NCBI RefSeq assembly: GCF_035084215.1
Contig: NC_090355.1
Coordinates: 27,528,001 to 27,592,000, forward strand
Direction: 5' to 3'
DNA: 64,000 bases
From: Heptranchias perlo
Lineage: Eukaryota
The position numbers and the translations under genes are program-made. Of this stretch, positions 24,101 to 34,237 are shown piece by piece; position 1 is the first letter of the stretch; the number at the start of each line of letters is the position of its first letter. The notes below the pieces were generated by a model. It was not told the DNA's origin. It saw nothing but the letters and a program-made list of their open reading frames with translations, and did no database searches.

Positions 24101-24680
24101 GATACTATGAGCAGCTTGAGTTTTAAAAGCTGTTGATTGTAAAAGGAAGAGAAGACTGAGGGGAATAAAAAGTTCCACAGTTTTTAGGACCTGAGAAAGG
24201 ATGAGTTAGAATTGGTCCAATAAGTCTAGATTTGATCACCATGCGCATGCAGGGAGGAGGAAGCGAGTGCAGAATGGCGTACCTGGAGCTTAGGAGAAAA
24301 AAAAGAATATTCACAGGGGCAATGACCACAGTAACATCAGTAAAATGGAGGAGGACAAGAAAACTGGGTTGGAGAGAGGAAATAATCAGGTGAAGAAACT
24401 TTTTCTTATATCTTGAAAAGGCCAGGATCACACATCAAGAATGGCAATTGAGCAGACTACTGGAGGACTGCTGGTGTCTTTCACATGTGCCTCAGCACAA
24501 GTCATCATTTTGAAGAGAGAAAATTTGTTGAATGGTACTTTTCAGTTTGGTAAAACAAAAAGAAAATGTGCGCCCACCATCGATGCAATCATGTCAATCT
24601 TTATATTTCTGATGCATGATTGGCTGAAAAGGTGACATCGGTGTCTGTTCTTTACCCAATCGGAGGCCATATTTTGCAAA

Positions 24681-24887
24681 ACATAAAATGCTGCAGATGC
24701 TGGAAATCTGAGACAAAAAATGAATATGCAGGTAACACTCAGCAGGTCGGGCAACATCTGTAAAGAAAGGAAAAGTTTCAGGTTTGTTCAGGTTTATCAC
24801 TTCATCAGAAGTGCTCTGACGAAGGATTATTCCTTCCTTTACAAATGCTGGCTGACCTGCTGAGTGTTTCCAGCATTTTTGGTTTTC
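24681..24887. mobile_element. Penelope-derived short element with internal inverted structure
   Basis: AAATGCTGCAGATGCTGGAAATCTGA...ACACTCAGCAGGTC and inverted GACCTGCTGAGTGTTTCCAGCATTTT. 15-nt flanking direct repeat GCCA(T/C)ATTTTGCAAA at 24666-24680 and 24888-24902. Confidence 0.7.
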
Positions 24888-25212
24888 GCCACATTTTGCA
24901 AAGCGGATTCTCACTTCCAATATGGACTGCAAGACTCCTGAGTTGGAAGAAAACAGGTAGTCAGCGTATTTAAATTTAAAAATATTTTGGGGAAAAACAT
25001 AACATAAAAATTAGAGTAGGGCTTGTTAGAAATAGAATAAAGTAAAATTGAGCCCATAGGAGTAAAGAGAAGACAGTAAACTGAAATAAAGTGTTTAATT
25101 TTTATAAAAAATTACTCAATATTTTTATTCTACTCCTGACATCTGGTTAGCGTTTGTTCCAACGTTACAGTGCTTGAGTTGAATTTTTTTTGAAGCCAAC
25201 CAACGAGCTGCA

Positions 25213-25928
25213 TCACCATATCTGCTCCATCATCAAGTCTGCCTATTTCCACCTCCGTAGCATCACCTGTCTCTGCCCCTGCCTCAGCTCATCCGCTGCT
25301 GAAACCTGCATCCATGCCTTTGTTACCCACAGACTTGACTATTCCAATGCTCTCCTGGCCGGCCTCCTACCTTCCACCCTCCATAAACTTGAGCTGATCC
25401 AAAACTCTGCCGCCCGTATCCTGACTTCCACCAAGTCCTGTTCACCCATTACCTCTGTGCTCACTGACCTACATTGGCTCCCAGTCCGGCAATGCCTCGA
25501 TTTTAAAATTCTCATCCTTGTTTTTAAATTCCTCCATGGCTTCGCCCCTCCCTATCTCTGTAACCTCCTCCAGCCCTACAATCCTCCAAGATCTCTGCGC
25601 TCCTCCAATTCTCGCCTCTTGTGCATCCCCGATTTTAATTGCCTCACCATTGGCGGCCATGCCTTCAGCTGCCGAGGTCCTAAGCTCTGGAATTCCCTCC
25701 CTAAACCTCTCTGACTCTCTACCTCTCTCTCCTCCTATAAGATGCTCCTTGGCCAAGTTTTTGGTCACTTGTCCTAATAGTTCCTTATGTGGCTCGGTGT
25801 CAAATTTTGTTTGATAATGCTCCTGTGCAGCACCTTTGGATGTTTTACTATGTTAAAGGCACTTAAACAAATACAATAACCCTAATAAAATAAGAAAAGA
25901 CTAAATATATATGCAAGTTGTTGTTGTT
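25213..25928 (+). mobile_element. L2-clade LINE 3' fragment
   Basis: IHAFVTHRLDYSNALLAGL...LHWLPVRQ...FK...LWNSLP is the L2 ORF2 C-terminus. Ends ATGCAAGTTGTTGTTGTT. Confidence 0.88.
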
Positions 25929-26242
25929 CATCTGCCCCAAGTTTATGAGTGCATTATTACTGCCAAAGACCAACAGCTGTAGTACTGTTCAAGCTAGGGA
26001 GTACCTTATTTATAATGCCCTTTAAGAGTGAGGTTAGAACCTGAGTCCAGAGTTATACTGCAACTGCAGCATCACTGCAAAGCAGATATCACTTTGCAGT
26101 AACACTAAACATCTTAGTGTTAATATAAAAAATCTGAAATGTGTGGTTAAAGATGGCTGATTATATACAAATTATATCTCAAAACAAGACAAAATATTTA
26201 TTCTTTTCTTATTTTATTAGGGTTATTGTATTTGTTTAAGTG
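25860..26242. repeat. 49-bp inverted repeat pair (25860-25908 and 26194-26242, one mismatch)
   Basis: CACTTAAACAAATACAATAACCCTAATAAAATAAGAAAAGA(C)TAAATAT against the reverse complement of 26194-26242. Confidence 0.9.
26197..26218 (-). terminator. Candidate tandem poly(A) signals of LRRC8D-like gene 1
   Basis: AATAAA on the minus strand at 26213-26218 and 26197-26202, about 400 nt after the stop codon. Confidence 0.45.
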
Positions 26243-26620
26243 TGACTGTTCATTATAACCTAAAACATAACAGGTTGAATTTTGCTTCAGATTTTCAACA
26301 CTGGCTAATCAATTAATCTCAGTTTGTACATTTGATTCTGTTAGGATATATACTCTTTTTTATTAGTTCCTTTTTAATATGCAGAAAAGGCAAACACTTG
26401 AGTATTTTATCATTTGTTGCTTGACAAGGGACAGCCACTGGCCAATATGTTCTGTTAACACATGATATTGTGGAGTAATCTTTAATCCTTAGCTCAGTTT
26501 GATCGCATGCTGAGACATTGCCAGAATATGTAGTTGTTGGTTTGGTTAAGGGGTTAGACATTTGTTTTCTCTTTTTGGGTCAATAGCAAAAGAATCTTTG
26601 GTTTGATCACATTCCATATT

Positions 26621-29131
26621 TTATACAAGGTGGTCCAGTTCAGGAAGTGACATCTTGTTGGGAATTATTAGTCTGATCTCTGGAGGAGCCTCAAGGTTAG
26701 CAGTCATATTAATTCTGATTTCTAAAGGAAGTGTCTCAAACAAATATTCATCCAATACCAGACCACTTTGTTTCAGTTTGCTACATTGTGCTACCTCTAT
26801 TGGAAGTTCTTCCAACTTATTTCCTTTGAGTTCTAGTTTTGAAAGTAGGCTACACTGCTGGATCTTCCCACTAAGGGATGAGATTAAGTTATTGTTTAGC
26901 TTCAGAGTCTTGAGCTTCTTACAGAGGAACAGCTCATCTGGTAGAGTTTCCAATTTATTGGAACTCAAATCTAGGAACTTCAGGTTTTTGAGGAATCTAA
27001 TGGCTGGAGGAATCTCAGTTAGACGATTATTGCTTATGTCTAAATGATGCAGCTTCTGAATAGTAAACAAAGTATTTGGCAATGTTTCAATCTGATTGTT
27101 TGATGCATTAAAACGTTCAAGGTTGCCGATGAAATTAATGGTATCTGGAATGGATTGGATTCTGTTAAAACTGAGATTGAAGGAGGATAGTCGGCGCAGA
27201 CGTAGCAAGCCTTCAATTTCGTCAATCGTGGTAAGCTCGTTGCCCTGGAGGTTCAACTCTTGCAGATTGGAGAGGCTAAAAATGCCCTGTGGAATCTTCT
27301 CCAGATCACAGCTTTGTAAATCAAGACGGGCCAAATTGACCATACTTCCCAAATTGTGGAGCATAGCGAGCTTGTTTTTATTATTGAGAATAGACAGCTC
27401 AACCAAATGGGGTGCAACGTACAGCACATTGAAAGGGATTTTCGAGAGGTTACTGTTGATATGAAGGACTTTCAAATAACGAAGTTCTTTTAAGAATTCC
27501 AGTTCCAACACTGATTTTTCACCATTGATGTTCCCAATCAGGTAGAGCTCTCTCAACCTGGTCAGTTTACTGATCCATTCGGGCACTTCATCGTGATTTG
27601 AAAATGTGACCGTCAGTGAGTTCAACTGGCTGCCTAAGAAGAATAAAGCGGCTGGTTTAATGGTGACCATACAGTTTACGATCGAGAGTTCTAGCAGATG
27701 GACAAGTTGGGTTACCTTGGTGTTTATGTTAATATCACTGCAAAGTTCCATCTTTAAGACCTGTATCTCAGTAACATCGTAGACCGCTTCAGGAATTCCT
27801 GATAATAGCAAAAGGTGCAGTTCTAACTGGTCCTTCTGATTTCTGATCAACTGTTGCCTCACCTTATCCGCAGTCCAGTCGCTATTCAAACTTAACATCT
27901 TCAACTTTTTCTCACTTGCCTCGGACAGGAAGATACAAAAACGTTTGCAGTACAAGGGGTCGTACTGATCGATCAGATGTAACAAGAAAGCAAAATCATT
28001 CTTTACGTTGGGAATGTCGCTGAACAGGCTTTCTCGTTTTTCGAAAGAGTATTGCTTCAGTGGTTTGCGGAAGACCCATATGATGGTGTGGAAGCAAAGC
28101 AATACATAGATAGCCACTAAAGCCAGGTAGAGCAGAAGCAGCCTCCTGAGCAAAAAGGCAACACTGAAAGTGCAAATAAAAACCCCATAACCAATCACCG
28201 ACTCTGTGCCGGGTCGACATATAATGTCAAATGCGACCGCTTCAACGTATAACGCAAAATAACTTAAAATCGTTATACACTGCAGGGTTTTTAAAATGAG
28301 TTGCCCAACGTAGAGTTTATATATCGTGTCCTCTTTCTCCACATGGACCCTGAATTTCCTTACTTTCTCAAACAAAGCTTTGGCTCGCTCTCCATCCTTC
28401 TTGTCCAGTAGCTGGTAATGTCTTTGTATAACTGGATTATTCCGTGTGATGGGTTTAGTCAATGTATCGCTGATACCGGCGACAATCGGCTTAAGTGTGG
28501 CGGCTATGCTTTTGTGCCTTTCTGGTATTTTGACGTTCATTTTACTGCTGTTCTCAGTGACTGCCAGAGAGAGGACATCGGTTGTCCAAGGTGACTCGAA
28601 ACACTTCTCTAAGATGAAGATCAAATGTTCTATTTTTGAGCTTGTTTTGGGATACTTGAACCAGAAGTTGCTACAAATCATTAACGCGACTGTATGGAGT
28701 AAAATAAAATAGCAGAAATATTTTGGAAACCAAGGTACTGCATAGAAGTAGCATGCCTGGTTGACATAGCGGTACTGCTGATGGTCCAAGTTTGCCCTCC
28801 CGTCACCTACTGCATATACAGCATCGAGGTGTGAGAATCTAATGAAGTCTGGATGAATTAATCTACCACGAATGTCAGTTACATTAGGATCCGCAATGGC
28901 GTGTCTCATGGTATAGTTGGCTTTAGTATGTATCCGGCTGTTATCAACAAATTCATCCAGAATTGGTAAACAAACAGTCTTATCCTTGTATATCTGTATG
29001 GTGCCTCCAAACACAGCGATCATCAACATGGTTATAGCCAAATAATCCATGAAAGCGTCCCACCAGGGTTTGAAGATCCGGAAGGATGGCGGGGCTTTGC
29101 TCATTGACGAAATATCTTCGAAGGACAACAT
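26621..29131 (-). CDS. LRRC8 family VRAC subunit, divergent LRRC8D-like paralogue 1 (836 aa, single coding exon)
   Basis: Intact ORF: MLSFEDISSMSKAPPSFRIFKPWWDAFMDYL, CSNFWFKYPKTSSK, LDKKDGERAKALFEKVRKFR, DQYDPLY and an LRR array. A splice acceptor (tcttctgtatttag) lies 2 nt before this ATG. Confidence 0.93.
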   Translation of the reverse strand: MLSFEDISSMSKAPPSFRIFKPWWDAFMDYLAITMLMIAVFGGTIQIYKDKTVCLPILDEFVDNSRIHTKANYTMRHAIADPNVTDIRGRLIHPDFIRFSHLDAVYAVGDGRANLDHQQYRYVNQACYFYAVPWFPKYFCYFILLHTVALMICSNFWFKYPKTSSKIEHLIFILEKCFESPWTTDVLSLAVTENSSKMNVKIPERHKSIAATLKPIVAGISDTLTKPITRNNPVIQRHYQLLDKKDGERAKALFEKVRKFRVHVEKEDTIYKLYVGQLILKTLQCITILSYFALYVEAVAFDIICRPGTESVIGYGVFICTFSVAFLLRRLLLLYLALVAIYVLLCFHTIIWVFRKPLKQYSFEKRESLFSDIPNVKNDFAFLLHLIDQYDPLYCKRFCIFLSEASEKKLKMLSLNSDWTADKVRQQLIRNQKDQLELHLLLLSGIPEAVYDVTEIQVLKMELCSDININTKVTQLVHLLELSIVNCMVTIKPAALFFLGSQLNSLTVTFSNHDEVPEWISKLTRLRELYLIGNINGEKSVLELEFLKELRYLKVLHINSNLSKIPFNVLYVAPHLVELSILNNKNKLAMLHNLGSMVNLARLDLQSCDLEKIPQGIFSLSNLQELNLQGNELTTIDEIEGLLRLRRLSSFNLSFNRIQSIPDTINFIGNLERFNASNNQIETLPNTLFTIQKLHHLDISNNRLTEIPPAIRFLKNLKFLDLSSNKLETLPDELFLCKKLKTLKLNNNLISSLSGKIQQCSLLSKLELKGNKLEELPIEVAQCSKLKQSGLVLDEYLFETLPLEIRINMTANLEAPPEIRLIIPNKMSLPELDHLV

Positions 29132-30094
29132 CCCTAAATACAGAAGAGGAGTACTATTATTCTTAGGAATCGTTCTCAAATACAGAGAGGAAGATTCCCC
29201 AAAATGTATGGAGTGGACGAAATGTCATAAACAACAATGAAATGGAGAAATTAGAACCTTGTTACCCCAATATCTAAAATAAGCGTTTTTACGGGAAGCT
29301 AAGGGTTACTATCCCCAAGTTGTGAATGTTGACTGGAAAGCCGTCTTGCACATGGGCTACTGCATCTAAAACTACTACAGAGAAAAAGTACCAAATCAAA
29401 ATGCCATTTATTGTGGGGTAGCCAAGATGATAGGAGCATGAGATACTAATATCCACCCTAGTGCCCTTGTTTGGAAATGGGACAACGTCATTCATTTATC
29501 CTTAAAAGAAACAAATCTGGGTCCAAATATTTCTAATAGTTCTCATATGATCTGTTGAGCAGTAGGCAGAAAAATTGGCCAGACTTGCTGCTGTGGTGAC
29601 TCCTATTATTAAATGTATGTATGTAGACAGGATAGAACTTGGCTGTGATGCTCCCCTTGTTAAAATGGCTTGCTAACGCTCACTGTTTCAGTTCAGATTT
29701 GAAGAATACCCACTGGGGTGATGCTGTCTGCCTCCATAAAGCTGTACCCTAGCTTGAATTAACATCTTCAAGAGAGGAGAGGAAGGGGTGAAGAATATTG
29801 GGGAAAATAACAGTCCGATTATCTAGGAATCAGATTTAATGTTCTCTAAACTAGCAGTTGTGCTTTGGAAAAACTATTAGAGGTAAACATTACAAGACAA
29901 GACAGTAGGTTGCACCATCATTGCTGAACTCCCCATTACATAGATCCTTAAAAATAACATTTTTGGCAGGGCTATTTAATTAATTATGTTTTATACATTG
30001 ATTATTTTAGAATTCTTCATCTCTGTCCTTTGTAGGTTCTTCCACCTGTCAGAAGACCATACATCATTACCTGACCAAAAGGATTCCCAGATGA

Positions 30095-30227
30095 AAAGCA
30101 AAACACTGCGGATGTTGGAAATCCGACTCTGACGAAAGGTCTTCGACCTGAAATGTTAACTCTGTTTCTTTCTCCACAGATGCTGCCTGACTTGCTGAGT
30201 ATTTCCAGGATTTTGTGTTTTTATTTT
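30095..30227 (+). mobile_element. Penelope-derived short element with a hammerhead-like core
   Basis: 14-nt flanking direct repeat GGATTCCCAGATGA (30081-30094, 30228-30241). Body nearly identical to 36505-36603. Confidence 0.75.
30129..30157 (+). ncRNA. Minimal hammerhead ribozyme core motif
   Basis: CTGACGA-A-AGGTC-ttc-GACCT-GAAA-TG-TT: CUGANGA box, 5-bp stem II, GAAA box. Confidence 0.55.
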
Positions 30228-30907
30228 GGATTCCCAGATGATTTGTTTTTTGCACCCTGTTAATGTTGATCGTGAACTAGCTATTAAAAATTCAGCAGGA
30301 ATTGCAAAATTATTTTCTTCATGTACCTTTCTGTCAATCATGTGACCATTATTTTGCATTACAATAATCTTTTGTAATCTCTAATCCCTGTCATTTCAGC
30401 ACTTCAATTTGAAATTATTAGCACTTTGTTCCCATTTTTCCCTTCAATCTCCTTCCCTGAATGTGGTGGCTCATACTGTGGTATATTTCCACAAGTGCTT
30501 TTTCCCTCAGTATGTTACCCAAATAACTATCTTTCATCTGTGAATCTAGGCACTGTGTGTCACAAGGTTGTTTGCCATTTGAGGGAGGCTTGATATGGTT
30601 TTCACTTGTTGCACACATACACAGAGTTTCCAGCAAGAGTAACTGGACAGTGATCGGGAGTAGGAATGCTGACTGAATGGTTTCCTCCCAAACCCAGAGA
30701 TACCAGGGACCAATTGACACCAAACTGTCATATCGGCCAAGATCAATTGACTCAACATAATTGGCAGTTCAAAATAATTGGCCATTCAATAGCAGCACTC
30801 ACAGTGATAGAATGTTCTGACATTATTTATTACATTTTACAACTAGTTACACTTCAGTTTTTCCATTTCTCATCTGATGAAGTAGCCTCCATAGTGTTAA
30901 TCCACTA

Positions 30908-31108
30908 AAAGGGTGGTGAGTGTCTGGAACGAGCTGCCAGAGGCAGTAGTAGAGGCGGGTACAATTTTGTCTTTTAAAAAGCATTTGGACAGTTACATGG
31001 GTAAGTTGGGTATGGAGGGATATGGGCCAAGTGCAGGCAATTGGGACTAGCTTAGTGGTATAAACTGGGCGACATGGACATGTTGGGCCGAAGGGCCTGT
31101 TTCCATGT
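30908..31108 (+). mobile_element. Young CR1 3' fragment, same subfamily as 13631-16099
   Basis: Reverse complement of about 13633-13852 with only about 3 differences seen by eye. Confidence 0.92.
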
Positions 31109-32499
31109 TGTAAACTTCTATGATTCTAAAAACAATTCATTTTATAGTGAAACCTATCAGAAGTGACTGAAACTATTTATTAAATAAAAATCCTTTGTAG
31201 ATTTTGAATTGGTAAAAATGTAAACATTTCACATCTATTATCAATAATGATGACAAATAAAGAGGGAAACATGTAAGATTAATAGCCTCACCCACTGATG
31301 AAAATTCTTATCTCAGTACGTGGGTTCATAAATTGATGAGCAGACAGATAAAGTCTAAACACTAAAACAGAAACATTAATTAAAAAAACAAATATTTATC
31401 AGTACATTAATTCTAGTCTGAGGCATAATTTACCTTCTTGTGCCTGTCTCTATTTCAATTTTAAAAACTTTTCTGTTCTTGCCTGAAGGCTGACTCTTCC
31501 AGGAGTAAAATTCTATGGGTGTCTGCAGCCTTTTAGTACCTCACCCATGTGATCATTCTCAACAGTGAATGTTGGCAGGCTATTAGACTATGACAGCATC
31601 ACATCTGATCCTTTTGTCCAACATCCAAGTCTGGCCGACTTTGATCCTGTTTAAGAAAAACAAAAGCTGGAAGTTGATTTGTGTCAGACTTTATTTTTTA
31701 CTGCTGTAAGATACTTTTGACCTCTACTTTTCTGTGCCTGCGACTCACGTCCTCTTCCTTTTCCTCCCCACACGCTTGTAAAGTGTCCTTCTATGTGAGG
31801 GCTCTATAATAATACAAGTTGCTGTTATTACTTACTGTATTGAAGAACTGAATGGGGTCTAAAGGTCTCTAAAGAACAATGTCAGTGATCAGAGAAAGCT
31901 CAATAGGTTCTAAGACTTAAATGTGTTTAGAATGTCTTTTATGATGTTAACCAGAATTCTGAATGTTGCAGTGTTCTTTCCTCCTTCTCTGGCTTTTGAT
32001 AAGGGTTCTAGCCTGTCTCAAGTTATTGTCTCTTCCCAATTATTCCTGACCTGCCTGGACCAACACAAATTGTGACCAAGATGACAGTTGGAAGAAAGAC
32101 TTGCTTTCCAGTCTCCAACCTTAGCGCTATTAGCCAGCCATTAAGAGATCGACAGCCTACTAATGTCTCTCCCTCTCTCCCATGCGAAGTGCCTAACCTC
32201 CACAGCAGTGTAGCTGACCATTAGGAACTTGATGGTGAACCCCCACCCACCACTGCATGGTACCATCCTACCTTCACCATTCCTACAACTCTATATTCAC
32301 AGAAACCAATAACAAATTATAATAGCAACATGGTCTTACTCCTTCATTCCAAAGAATAGCCTAACTTATCAATGAGGTAAAATTACAGGGACAATGTTCT
32401 TTTAAAACAACCACTTCCATCTTTTCTCCCATTGCAGAATTGTCGTTTTGCATTAGAATAGTAACACAACATTACAATTGAATCTGAAAGATATAGTTA

Positions 32500-32890
32500 A
32501 TTTTCCACAATTTTCTCCTCTGCTTTTTTGAAGACTTTGACTCAGGTTGGGGTACAATTCCATGAGTGCCAGCTGCCTTCCACTATCTCACCCAAATGTC
32601 CATTCTTCATGTGTGAGCCTAGATGGTATCAGCAATCTATTTAATTATGATGGGTGTCAATGTTGTCTGATTCTGGCTTAAACTGATGGTCACACACTTT
32701 AAATTTCCCAACAGGGGTCACTGGGGAATAACCAGGAGCAGAAACCCTGGTTAATTTTTCCCCTCCCTGGTTCAGTGACTTTGAAGCCAATTGTAGTACC
32801 CCCGCAGCACTGTCTTGGCTGAGATCAGCTAACTCAGCACAGACTAGTGATTGAACCAGGGACCTCCTTATTCTGTATGTTTGATTGCAC
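32500..32890 (-). mobile_element. Old tRNA-headed SINE copy
   Basis: GAGATCAGCTAACTCAGCACAGAC...ATTGAACCAGGGACCT head and CCATTCTTCATGTGTGAGCCTAGA body, recurrent in the window. Confidence 0.6.
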
Positions 32891-33574
32891 ACCAGGTGAT
32901 GTACGCACATCTACTGGGGGAAGAGGAAGACTGAGCCAACACCAATGAGCAGCACTGAAGTTAGTATATTCATGCTCAGTGAAGACCCAAGGAGACTTCT
33001 TGTCACCTATATAATAATGCATTTCCACAAATCCAGCAGCTCTGAATTGAGGTAGGTTCAAGTGTCTGTATGCACCTCTGTAACATTCGGGATGTTCAGA
33101 AAGAGGCTGGATGCTGTCATAGGAGAATCAGGACCATAAAGAGATGAGCGTCAATGGGCTTATCCTTGACCTTTCAATGTTCTGTGCAGGCATGGTACCA
33201 GGCATGCTTACTAGTGGAAAAATTTTACAGATCATAGGGTGGAACAGCCCTTGTTTCTGTCCTGGATACCAATTTTGGCCACTCCATCATTTGTCCTTTT
33301 TTTTTGTTAGTTGGGTGGGGGGGGGGGGGGGGGAGTCATTTCTGCATTATATTTCTTATCATTGCTTTCTGACCCTTTGACCCCAGTCCTTTTGAATTCT
33401 AGGGCCCACTTTGGGACACTCATTATCCCCAGGTAGCTTATTGGCTTTGCAGATCAGCTGAAAAAGCTCACTATTGTACTTTTAACAATTTTGACATAAA
33501 TTGTATTATTCTGAGTGGTTAACTTGCCTGAGTAATAAAAAGTCAAAAATAAAAAAAAATGATAGGCACATTCA

Positions 33575-33875
33575 TGACTTAATTGATAGGACACATTGGG
33601 TTAGACACTAGTCTTTTATCTCTGGAATCTAGGTTCAAATCCAGCCCATGTTTGTGGGATGAAAGTTTTCTTTGGCTGCTGGCTGTTTGGGGTAGACTCA
33701 ATACAGTTCCTAGTAGGCATAGGCCTACAGCTGCAAACTGCCCTTAATTCAGCATTAATTAGCAATGTCACTCAGACTGACTTAAGGATGGTTGGAGTGG
33801 GAAATGGAAAAATGTCACAATGGTGCAGTGGAGGGTGAGATATTGACAACTAGGGAGAGAGTAGAGGGAGCTTTA
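33575..33875 (+). mobile_element. Old SINE with LF-SINE-like head
   Basis: CTTTTATCTCTGG...GGTTCAAATCCAGCCCA...GGGATGAAAG, homologous to 57027-57245. Confidence 0.45.
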
Positions 33876-34237
33876 CATCTCTGTGAAATGCCGCCAACAA
33901 ATTGGTAAAGTAGTCATGGGAAGTGTAAACATTGAGCCAAGAGTACACTCATGTTTTTATCTCAAGGAACAAAAGGAAACATCCAGTCTTAATAAATAGC
34001 ATCAAAACATTTAATACTTAAGTGACCTATTGACTTCTATGTTAGGCTCTAACCTATAAGAACAATTTAAATTGGCATCCTCAGTTGACATTTATAGTCA
34101 GTCACTCTCTAGGTTTTGTCTGGGCTGTTTGTGGCAAGGGAGAATAATGAGACATGGAAGGACCCTTTCTCACAATGGTCAAGTAGGCTTCTTCATGGGT
34201 CAGCCAAGGACGATGTTCATGGACATCTTTAGTATCA

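Noticed and set aside
26655-27464. Plus-strand ORFs antisense to LRRC8 coding exons (also 19153-19737 and 47094-48974)
   Set aside because: Shadow ORFs of the coding strand with no independent evidence.
17463-29131. The two LRRC8 paralogues as processed pseudogenes of LRRC8A or an assembly duplication
   Set aside because: Both ORFs are intact over 800 codons, keep upstream splice acceptors, have D-type motifs and differ extensively from each other.
29132-29179. N-terminal extension MRTIPKNNSTPLLYLG of the 852-aa ORF
   Set aside because: Intronic acceptor region with a non-ATG start. The homologous start is the ATG at 29131.
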